Shown here piece by piece: positions 9,698-17,371 of a stretch of 22,600 nucleotides of DNA. Position numbers and translations under genes: made by a program. The notes under the pieces were generated by a model. The model ran no database searches. It saw only the letters and a program-made list of their open reading frames with translations, and was not told the origin of the DNA. The DNA comes from Methanobacterium sp. (GTDB taxonomy: Archaea > Methanobacteriota > Methanobacteria > Methanobacteriales > Methanobacteriaceae), in contig PMWA01000083.1 in the NCBI GenBank assembly GCA_003166335.1, positions 1 to 22,600 of the forward strand, given 5' to 3'. Numbering within the stretch: position 1 is the first letter of the stretch; every line of letters begins with the position of its first letter.

Positions 9698-10990
9698 ATG
9701 AAAACCTTTAAAAACTTTGAATCTGAAGTAAGGAGTTACGTGCGCAGTTTCCCCGTCATCTTTAAACAAGCCAAAGGAGCCAAACTATACGATGAACAAG
9801 ATAATGAATATATTGACTTCTTCGCCGGAGCAGGGGCATTAAATTACGGGCATAACAATCCACTAGTCTCAGAAGCATTAATAAAATATATACAAAACGA
9901 TGGAATAATTCATGGACTTGATAAAGCCACCACAGCTAAGCGAGAATTCCTAGAAACATTCCACTCCACCATACTCGAACCACGACATATGGAATATAAA
10001 ATCCAATTCAGCGGACCCACCGGTACAGATGCCGTGGAAATTGCGTTAAAACTAGCTAGAATGGTGAAGGGCAGATCCAACATCATCGCCTTCACCAACG
10101 CCTTCCACGGTTTAACCATGGGATCTATGGCCATAACCGGCAACGCATTCTACCGTGATGAAGCCTTCATCAACCGAATCAACGTGCACTTCGCACCGTT
10201 TGACGGTTACTATGGAGACGCTGATACCGCGCAATACCTGAGAAAACTACTTGATGATACTAGCAGTGGCTTAGATTTACCCGCCGCCATGATACTAGAG
10301 ACGGTGCAAGCGGAAGGTGGAGTTAATATTGCCAGTACCGAGTGGCTGCAGGAAATAGAGCAAATATGCCGTGATTATGATATATTATTAATTATTGATG
10401 ATATTCAAGTGGGTAACGGCCGAACTGGGCCATTCTTCAGCTTCGAAGAAGCAGGCATTAACCCTGATATTATAACTTTATCGAAATCCATTGGTGGAGG
10501 ATTACCTTTATCTATCGTACTTATGAAATCCCAATGGGATCAGTGGAAGCCCGGTGAACACACGGGCACCTTCCGAGGTAATAATTTAGCCTTCGTAGCA
10601 TCCACTAAGTTATTAAGTTACTGGGAAAATGATAAGCTAACCGAAGCAGTCCATTATAAAGAAGAGTTACTCAAAGAAAAATTAAATGAAATAACTAAGA
10701 AATATGAAGTTTTAAATGCTAGTGTAAGGGGTAAAGGCTTAATTTATGGTTTACAGATACCTTTATTAGGTTTTTGTAGTGAAGTGTCCACGGAAGCTTT
10801 TAATCATGGATTACTTATTGAATTAGCTGGTTCAAATGATGATGTACTTAAATTCTTACCGCCACTCACCATTGAGAAGGAATTACTAATTGAGGGTTTA
10901 AATATTATTGATGAATCGATAGGAACTGTGCTAAATGAGCGGGAATCCATTGTGGAAGGATTAAACCATGATAGTGAGAACAATAAGTGA
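9698..10990 (+). CDS. ectB: Diaminobutyrate--2-oxoglutarate transaminase (class III PLP aminotransferase)
   Basis: ESEVRSYVRSFP, YIDFFAGAGALNYGHN, GPTGTDAVE.ALKLAR, IIDDIQVGNGRTG, SKSIGG (PLP lysine) and GEHTGTFRGNN. Confidence 0.97.
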   Translation: MKTFKNFESEVRSYVRSFPVIFKQAKGAKLYDEQDNEYIDFFAGAGALNYGHNNPLVSEALIKYIQNDGIIHGLDKATTAKREFLETFHSTILEPRHMEYKIQFSGPTGTDAVEIALKLARMVKGRSNIIAFTNAFHGLTMGSMAITGNAFYRDEAFINRINVHFAPFDGYYGDADTAQYLRKLLDDTSSGLDLPAAMILETVQAEGGVNIASTEWLQEIEQICRDYDILLIIDDIQVGNGRTGPFFSFEEAGINPDIITLSKSIGGGLPLSIVLMKSQWDQWKPGEHTGTFRGNNLAFVASTKLLSYWENDKLTEAVHYKEELLKEKLNEITKKYEVLNASVRGKGLIYGLQIPLLGFCSEVSTEAFNHGLLIELAGSNDDVLKFLPPLTIEKELLIEGLNIIDESIGTVLNERESIVEGLNHDSENNK

Positions 10991-11360
10991 ATTAATTGGA
11001 ACACCTCGTGAAGTTGTTTCTTCTAATGGTAATTGGGTGAGCCGGCGTTTACTTCTACGGGATGATGGGATGGGATTCTCCTTTCATGAAACCATAATTT
11101 ATGCAGGTACTGAAACATTGATTTGGTATAAGAATCATTTAGAGGCTGTTTACTGTGTAGATGGTGAAGGGGAGGTTGAATCATTAATTGATGGTGAACA
11201 TTATCCTATTAAACCTGGTACCATGTACGCTTTAAATAAACATGATAAACACGTTCTTAGAGCATTTCAGGATGATCTTAGATTAGTTTGCGTATTCAAT
11301 CCTCCTTTAACGGGGGATGAGACTCATGATGAGGATGGATCCTATCCCCTCAAATCATAG
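10968..11360 (+). CDS. ectC: Ectoine synthase (cupin)
   Basis: MIVR...W.SRRLLL.DDGMGFSFHETII, WYKNHLEAVYC..GEGE, YAL.KHD.H.L and CVFNPPLTG.E.HD..G.Y. Overlaps the ectB 3' end by 23 nt. Confidence 0.98.
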   Translation: MIVRTISELIGTPREVVSSNGNWVSRRLLLRDDGMGFSFHETIIYAGTETLIWYKNHLEAVYCVDGEGEVESLIDGEHYPIKPGTMYALNKHDKHVLRAFQDDLRLVCVFNPPLTGDETHDEDGSYPLKS

Positions 11361-11461
11361 AATAAATAATTTTTATATATTATCCTGATAAACATAAATT
11401 TATAAATCATATTAATTAATGAAGTTTTTTTATGCTGAATCAGATGGGGGGTATGAGTTAA

Positions 11462-11689
11462 GTGGTGGAGTTTGAATACGTTAAAGGTCAGGAGAAGAGA
11501 GTTGAGAAGAAGTATGATCAATTAATGAAGGATATTGAACATTTAGAAAAGGAAGGTGACATTAATAGGATTAAAAAGAAATATCAGATGTTATTAGATA
11601 AAAAGAAGAATAGTGAAACTGACTGGATGGATGACCTTCTGATCACTGTTTACCAGGATTTCATTAAGCATGATTTAAATAAACTATAA
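11462..11689 (+). CDS. Small, highly charged helical hypothetical protein
   Basis: 75 aa, K/E/D-rich with a coiled-coil-like pattern. GTG start after GGGGGT; a TTTATATA box near 11372 suggests its own promoter; T-rich tract after the stop. Confidence 0.7.
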   Translation: MVEFEYVKGQEKRVEKKYDQLMKDIEHLEKEGDINRIKKKYQMLLDKKKNSETDWMDDLLITVYQDFIKHDLNKL

Positions 11690-11943
11690 AATTTATATTC
11701 CATCTATTTTTTTTTTACTTTTACATTTATTATTTTTTATAAGTTGACTTTTTCTTGACTATTATTTGACCAAAAAAATAAATCCCGTATTACATATTTA
11801 AATATGTTTATATTAAATTATTTTAAATTCTATTTTTCTGGAAAATAATTTTTAATTAAATTTTTATTTTGATTAATTCATCACTATAAATGTTCTGTTT
11901 GTCAATATAAAATGTGCTGGAAAAAATATGTTAAAATAAAAAT

Positions 11944-12018
<75 letters not shown>

Positions 12019-12043
12019 AACAAAAATGGTTTATACTTCCAGG

Positions 12044-12058
12044 TTTATAAAAGTTTGG
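12044..12058 (-). promoter_or_regulatory. TATA box and upstream flank of the tRNA-Gln gene
   Basis: The minus strand reads CCAAACT-TTTATAAA; the TATA box ends 25 nt upstream of the mature tRNA 5' end. Confidence 0.7.
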
Positions 12059-12161
12059 AAAAAAATATCTATTAAAATTACACATACAAACTCATAAAAT
12101 ATAAATCTGAAAAAATTATAATTAAAAAAAAAATTAAAAAATTTTTTTGAACTCATCCCCC

Positions 12162-14114
12162 TTATTTTAGGGTTTTAAAAGTAAATATGTAAGCAGCATT
12201 TAAAGTATCACCCACACTATCATGAACTGACCCCACGGGTATATAAACCTGGTACGTGTCATTATGCAATCGACTACTACTCATAGTAATCGTTAAAGTA
12301 TTACCAGTAATCTTCTTAGAAATAGCGGTTAGTTTACCAGTACTTAAATTTTTAATATAAATACCACTATAATCAGACCCTGAGGTTATATTCTCATTAA
12401 ATTTAACTGTAACCGGTGAAGTAAGGGATACACCCGTTGCATTGTTAAGGGGAAGTGTGCTACTCACTTTTAACGGTGATAATGTAGTGAAAGTGAAATT
12501 ATAAGCTGAAGTTAAATTATCACCAATTAAATCCTTAACAGCCCCTACTGGTAGATAAACCAAGTACTTGTCATTATACAATCGATTACTACTCATAGTA
12601 ATCGTTAAAGTATTACCGGATATCGTCTTAGATGAAATACCAACAATTTTACCCGTACTAGTATTTTTAATATAAATACCACTATAATCAGACCCTGAGG
12701 TTATATTCTCATTAAATTTAACTGTAACCGGTGAAGTAAGGGATACACCCAGTGCTTTATTAAGGGGATTACTACTAATTACAGTTAGAGGATTACTTGA
12801 AGTGAAATTAAAAGTATACGATGCAGCTAAAATATTACCAGACATGCTCTCCACTGCATCAGCCGGAATATTAACCTGATACGTATCACCAATCAATCGA
12901 TTAACGGTTTGAATAGTTAAAGTGTTACCATTAATATTTACCGAAGCTAAAGAAATAACACTACCTGTAGAATTGTTTTTAACTGTAATATCAAAGTACT
13001 CTGCTGCAGTGGTGATGTTTTCATTAAATCTTATAGTAACTGGTGAAGATAATGATACATTCAATGCATTACCAGTTGGAGTAGTGCTTATAATAACCGG
13101 TGGTGGAGTGGGAAGAGGAGGTTGATATCCCATCCAATTACCGGGTAATAATCCATCTCGGAAAAGTTCATAACCATCTGAACCATTAAAAAGTGCAGTT
13201 TGAATATCTAAATCAAGCTGACTAACAGTGATAGGCGATGGATCACTATCACCATTATAAGTTTGCAATATACTAACCACCGGAGTTCCATCAGCCTGAG
13301 CTACTATATACTCTGTAGCAGTGCCAATCCAACTAGTAGTTTCACCATAATTACCCACATAAATCATGGGGGATAAAAAATCTAAAATACTACTTAAATT
13401 AGTGTAATTCTGTCCATAATAATAATTATTATCTGCACCCTCAGGCATCAACGCCGCTGACAAATATATATACGGCTTAACCGGATTATTTAAACTATTA
13501 ATCAAATTAATATTATTCCGTATTGCGGTGGCGAAATTATCCACATCCACCGTGGCATTTGGATACAGATAAGCGGTGCCTGGGAATCTTAGGTAATCCA
13601 ACATAACACCATTCACATTATAATTGGCGGTGATATTATCTATATCACTGATAATCTGATTCTCTAAAGTTGCATTAACTTCCGGATTAAACCAGTTACC
13701 ATTAAAATCCTTAAAAACTTCCACCCAAGCATACACGCCAATACCTGAACCTTGGAATTTATTTATATAAGACTGTAAAGAACTGGGATTCTGCCGATCC
13801 GTTGATACATATACCGTGTTAATACCCATATTTTCAAGGGCGGTTACATTAATCGTATTTGAGGGAGTATCCACGGGGTTAATGTAAATACCATGAATAC
13901 TACTTAAATTAGTTTTAACCGGTTGATTCACATTACCTGATGATACTGTAATATTACTACTGTTTAACGTATTCAATCCAGTAGTATTATTACTTACATT
14001 GCCAGTCACTGCAAAAGAAGAACCCATAGATAAAAAGTTAACTAAAACAAGAGCAAATAATATTAAAAATAATTTCTTATTGATACTAATTTGATTAAAG
14101 CTAGAATTAATCAT
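12162..14114 (-). CDS. Secreted putative glycoside hydrolase (GHL10/DUF4015-like TIM barrel) with three C-terminal Ig-like (Big_5/SbsA-type) domains
   Basis: Signal peptide KKLFLILFALVLVNFLSMGSSFA; N/T/S-rich linker; barrel motifs GINTVYV, VYAWV, NGVMLDYLRFP, YYGQNY..L...LDFLSPMIY; Pro linker PPLPTPPP; three repeats S..P.N.A.GVS..SPVTVKFNENI...GNTLTI...Y.V..P.GAV.D..G..L...Y.F.F.T. Start moved to ATG 14114 because the tracked TTG 14135 overlaps the SD GGAGGCGGTGA. Confidence 0.85.
   Translation of the reverse strand: MINSSFNQISINKKLFLILFALVLVNFLSMGSSFAVTGNVSNNTTGLNTLNSSNITVSSGNVNQPVKTNLSSIHGIYINPVDTPSNTINVTALENMGINTVYVSTDRQNPSSLQSYINKFQGSGIGVYAWVEVFKDFNGNWFNPEVNATLENQIISDIDNITANYNVNGVMLDYLRFPGTAYLYPNATVDVDNFATAIRNNINLINSLNNPVKPYIYLSAALMPEGADNNYYYGQNYTNLSSILDFLSPMIYVGNYGETTSWIGTATEYIVAQADGTPVVSILQTYNGDSDPSPITVSQLDLDIQTALFNGSDGYELFRDGLLPGNWMGYQPPLPTPPPVIISTTPTGNALNVSLSSPVTIRFNENITTAAEYFDITVKNNSTGSVISLASVNINGNTLTIQTVNRLIGDTYQVNIPADAVESMSGNILAASYTFNFTSSNPLTVISSNPLNKALGVSLTSPVTVKFNENITSGSDYSGIYIKNTSTGKIVGISSKTISGNTLTITMSSNRLYNDKYLVYLPVGAVKDLIGDNLTSAYNFTFTTLSPLKVSSTLPLNNATGVSLTSPVTVKFNENITSGSDYSGIYIKNLSTGKLTAISKKITGNTLTITMSSSRLHNDTYQVYIPVGSVHDSVGDTLNAAYIFTFKTLK
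12275..12750. repeat. Intragenic direct repeats between Ig-like domains 2 and 3
   Basis: An identical 88 bp occurs at 12348-12435 and 12663-12750 (offset 315), and an identical 31 bp at 12275-12305 and 12587-12617 (offset 312). Confidence 0.92.
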
Positions 14115-14320
14115 TTTTATAATCACCGCCTCCAATGAATTATAAAAGAATAAATTTTTTATATTTTTATCCCTGTTAAATTAAATAAATCTCCGTAAAT
14201 AAAGGTTTAACATTACTATACTTATAAAGCTTTACCTAAAAAAAATTTTTTAAGTAAATTAACGTAATTTAGTGCTTTAACACTTATTAAAAATCGAATT
14301 ATTAAATAAAAAATTTATCT

Positions 14321-14336
14321 TAAAAAAATTTTTTTA
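14321..14336 (-). terminator. T-A7-T7-A palindrome beginning at the cbiF stop codon
   Basis: TAAAAAAATTTTTTTA includes the TAA stop and places a T7 run just after it. The same 16-mer occurs at 16096-16111. Confidence 0.5.
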
Positions 14337-15089
14337 TTTACGATACATATGCTGGAAATCCTCATCATACAATTTTGAATTTTCAAAACTTCCCGGATCT
14401 AACACGCGACCCACCAGTATAATCGCAGTCTTCCTAATACCTGAAGAATCCACCTTCTCCTCTATATCATGTAATGTTCCTTTTATAATCTTTTCATCCT
14501 TCCACGAAGCTTTCGACACTACAGCCACCGGCGTATCCTCAGGGTAATGCACTTTTAAGTCTCTAACTACCTTTCCTATTAACTGTACTCCTAAGAAAAT
14601 GCACATGGTAGCCTGATGCACCGCTAAATCCTCAATCGACTCCTTCATTGGTTTAAGTGTACGACCTTCAGGTCTCGTTATGATCACCGTCTGTGACACC
14701 ATCGGCAACGTTAACTCCACCTCTAAAGTAGCGGCAGCACCGAATAAACTACTAACACCCGGAATCACCTCAAACGGAATATCATTCTCCCTTAATAGTT
14801 TCATCTGCTCTCCAATTGCCCCGTAGATGCTGGGATCACCGGTATGCACTCGAGCTACCAGTTTGCCCTGACCAGCGTAATCAACCATCACCGACACTAA
14901 TTCTGGTAAAGTCATACTACTACTATTATAAATTACCACTTCTTTACGAGTGTAATCTAATATTTCAGGATTCACTAATGAACCCGCGTAGATGACTACA
15001 TCCGCCATCCCTAAAATTCGGGATGCTTTCACCGTTAACAATTCGGGGTCACCGGGACCCGCACCAATAAATATTACCCTACCTATCAT
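14334..15089 (-). CDS. cbiF: Cobalt-precorrin-4 C11-methyltransferase
   Basis: FIGAGPGDPELLTVK, ADVVIYAGSLV, VARVHTGDPSIYGAI.EQ, IPGVSS, ELT.P.VSQTVIITR and SKLYD..F.H.YR (CobM/CbiF signature). SD GGAGG lies in the end of the upstream gene. Confidence 0.96.
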   Translation of the reverse strand: MIGRVIFIGAGPGDPELLTVKASRILGMADVVIYAGSLVNPEILDYTRKEVVIYNSSSMTLPELVSVMVDYAGQGKLVARVHTGDPSIYGAIGEQMKLLRENDIPFEVIPGVSSLFGAAATLEVELTLPMVSQTVIITRPEGRTLKPMKESIEDLAVHQATMCIFLGVQLIGKVVRDLKVHYPEDTPVAVVSKASWKDEKIIKGTLHDIEEKVDSSGIRKTAIILVGRVLDPGSFENSKLYDEDFQHMYRK

Positions 15090-15097
15090 AAAATTTT

Positions 15098-16003
15098 TTA
15101 TTCCTCCTTTTTTATGTCAAATCGTTTCTTCACTATTTCAATACTACCATATGGACATTCACCTAGGCATTGTTCACAGCAACCGCAAGATGCCGGGTCA
15201 ATATGTGCTCGGTTATCCTCACCAATTAGGATGGTATCCACTCCTACCTTAACTTGAGGACAACTCTGCACGCAGAGGTGATCGCATTCCTCACCTTCCG
15301 TGTTGCAGGTTTCCATATCCACCACTGCGGATTTCATGCTAAATCCTAAACCCCGTCTGACGGCTTCCTTAGATATGTAACCCGCCACATGAAGTATAGT
15401 GTCACCTAAACCACGATCCAATGTCATACTGGCTTGACATGGGTAATTATGGAATTTAATATCCCCTATATACTCCGCCTCCTCCACTGGTACACCCTCC
15501 AATTCCTCGGCGATAAATGTGGTGCAGCCGCAAGGTGCATCACGTATCACTGTAACCTTCTTAATAAATTCATCTCCTTCAATAGTCATGACGGGTTTAC
15601 CGAGTTTACCGGTGAATTCATCAATAAAAGGGTCACCCATGGGTTTCAAACTACAGAATGGCTTAGCAAACACCACTACCTTATCCCCTGAGTTATCTTT
15701 AATTTCACTCATTAAACCCGGCGGCACAGCACTTGGCTTATGTACACTAATAATAATAGACTTCGCACCCGTCTCTGTAGCTACAAGTGGTGCGATAAGA
15801 TTAATATCACCAATTAAACCAACCGCTACTATTAAATCAGCTTGGGGTAAATTATCGGGTACATAACTTGTTACATCATCAATGAACTCGGGTAAATCAG
15901 GGGGTACTTCATGTATACCCACGATACTACTACTGAAACTTTTAGCTATATTATTTACAATCCGAGAACCGTATTCTCCACTCGTTAAAATATAAATATT
16001 CAT
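15098..16003 (-). CDS. DUF166-family protein with a C-terminal 2x[4Fe-4S] ferredoxin-like domain
   Basis: GEYG.R, P.DLPEFIDD, KPFCSL, G.P, V.RDAPCG.T and YPC.ASM..D...GDTILH.AG are DUF166-like. C-terminal CxxxxxxCxxxCxxxCP and CxxCxxCxxxCP motifs. Confidence 0.82.
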   Translation of the reverse strand: MNIYILTSGEYGSRIVNNIAKSFSSSIVGIHEVPPDLPEFIDDVTSYVPDNLPQADLIVAVGLIGDINLIAPLVATETGAKSIIISVHKPSAVPPGLMSEIKDNSGDKVVVFAKPFCSLKPMGDPFIDEFTGKLGKPVMTIEGDEFIKKVTVIRDAPCGCTTFIAEELEGVPVEEAEYIGDIKFHNYPCQASMTLDRGLGDTILHVAGYISKEAVRRGLGFSMKSAVVDMETCNTEGEECDHLCVQSCPQVKVGVDTILIGEDNRAHIDPASCGCCEQCLGECPYGSIEIVKKRFDIKKEE

Positions 16004-16095
16004 TTTAGATTACCATTCCCACATTTTTTAGCAATTATTTTTATTCCTTATCAATTATTTGAATTATACGTTTATTATAATATAAAAAATAGCAT

Positions 16096-16111
16096 TAAAA
16101 AAATTTTTTTA
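16096..16111 (-). terminator. T-A7-T7-A palindrome beginning at the GT2 stop codon
   Basis: TAAAAAAATTTTTTTA, identical to the cbiF site. Confidence 0.5.
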
Positions 16112-17023
16112 TTTATTATTATTACGTTCAAGCAAACGAGACATGGAGTGCAGTATAATACCCGTGAAAGCGATGAACAAACCACCCAAACCAATCATAG
16201 CAGCCATCACCGTCGGTAACAAGCTCGTTGTATGATGATTCAGATAATCTCCGAAGAAAAATAAGCCTAAAGTTAAACCTATTACTATAAGAATCAAACC
16301 CGGCAGTACGAAGTAATATAATGGCCGGTTAAACTCCATATCCTGTATAAGTTTCACGAGCACGCCAAGTCCATGACTAACGGGATTCTTCTTATGAATC
16401 TCCCCATTCGATTTACTATTATAATTAACCTTAATAGGCACTTCCACTATCTTCGACCCGAAATTCGCGGCGTCAATTAACATTTCACTCTCAATACTAA
16501 ATCCATCATGATTAAATTTAAATACAGATAATGTATAATTAGCAAAAGCTCGGAAACCACTCTGACTATCAGTTAAATTCAATCCACTACTCAAACTAGT
16601 CGCTTTATCCAACACGGTTTGCCCAATCCGCCGATAACCCGGCGTATCAGTACTATCCTTACCGAGGTAACGGCTGCCATTAACAATATCCGCTTCACCA
16701 TCAATAATCGGTTTAAGCAGTTTAGGAATCTCCACGGGGTTATGCTGACCATCACCATCCAAAGTCACTACAATATCCCGATCACCAATCGCTTGAAAAC
16801 CAGTTCTAAGGGCAGCGCCTTTACCCTCATTAGATTTATGCTGTATGATTTCAGCCCCCGCAGCCTCAGCAATCACACTAGTACGGTCACTGCTACCATC
16901 ATCAACCACAATAACCTGATCAACATACATTAAAGTGGATAATACTACACTACCAATAGTAGTCTCCTCATTAAATGCTGGTATAATAGCTGTTACATTC
17001 TCCTTAAAAGTGGAATCCCCCAT
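16109..17023 (-). CDS. Glycosyltransferase family 2 (DPM1/polyprenol-phosphate glycosyltransferase-like) with two C-terminal TM helices
   Basis: IIPAFNEE, VVDDGSSDRT, N.GKGAA, TLDGDGQH.P, GSR, DSQSGFRA and F.IESEM. Confidence 0.95.
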   Translation of the reverse strand: MGDSTFKENVTAIIPAFNEETTIGSVVLSTLMYVDQVIVVDDGSSDRTSVIAEAAGAEIIQHKSNEGKGAALRTGFQAIGDRDIVVTLDGDGQHNPVEIPKLLKPIIDGEADIVNGSRYLGKDSTDTPGYRRIGQTVLDKATSLSSGLNLTDSQSGFRAFANYTLSVFKFNHDGFSIESEMLIDAANFGSKIVEVPIKVNYNSKSNGEIHKKNPVSHGLGVLVKLIQDMEFNRPLYYFVLPGLILIVIGLTLGLFFFGDYLNHHTTSLLPTVMAAMIGLGGLFIAFTGIILHSMSRLLERNNNK

Positions 17024-17371
17024 ATATTACTTTACTTTACTATTGGTAATCATATCTTTTAAATATTCACCTAATATAAAACTTATAAAATTCTATATAT
17101 AATATTTCATGATTTAAATACTTATTATAACCGATAAAATTGGTTATATTATCATCTAAAATAAATTGAAATGGAACCTTTTAAATAACGTAAATGAACT
17201 ATAACTAAAGATTTATTTTATTTTATTTTATATTATTTAATTCATCACCCCAATCCCCTTCAATTAATGTTTTTTTATTTTCTATCAAAGAGGGTTATAT
17301 ATAAGATAAAACACTACTAAAAGAGTATATATCTTAAATACTATTTTAAACGATCAATAAATTACTTTGGA

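Noticed and set aside
12275..12750. Direct repeats as a CRISPR array or DGR template/variable repeat pair
   Set aside because: Only two copies, in frame within protein domains, with no spacer pattern, no adenine-specific mismatch pattern and no cas or reverse transcriptase gene.
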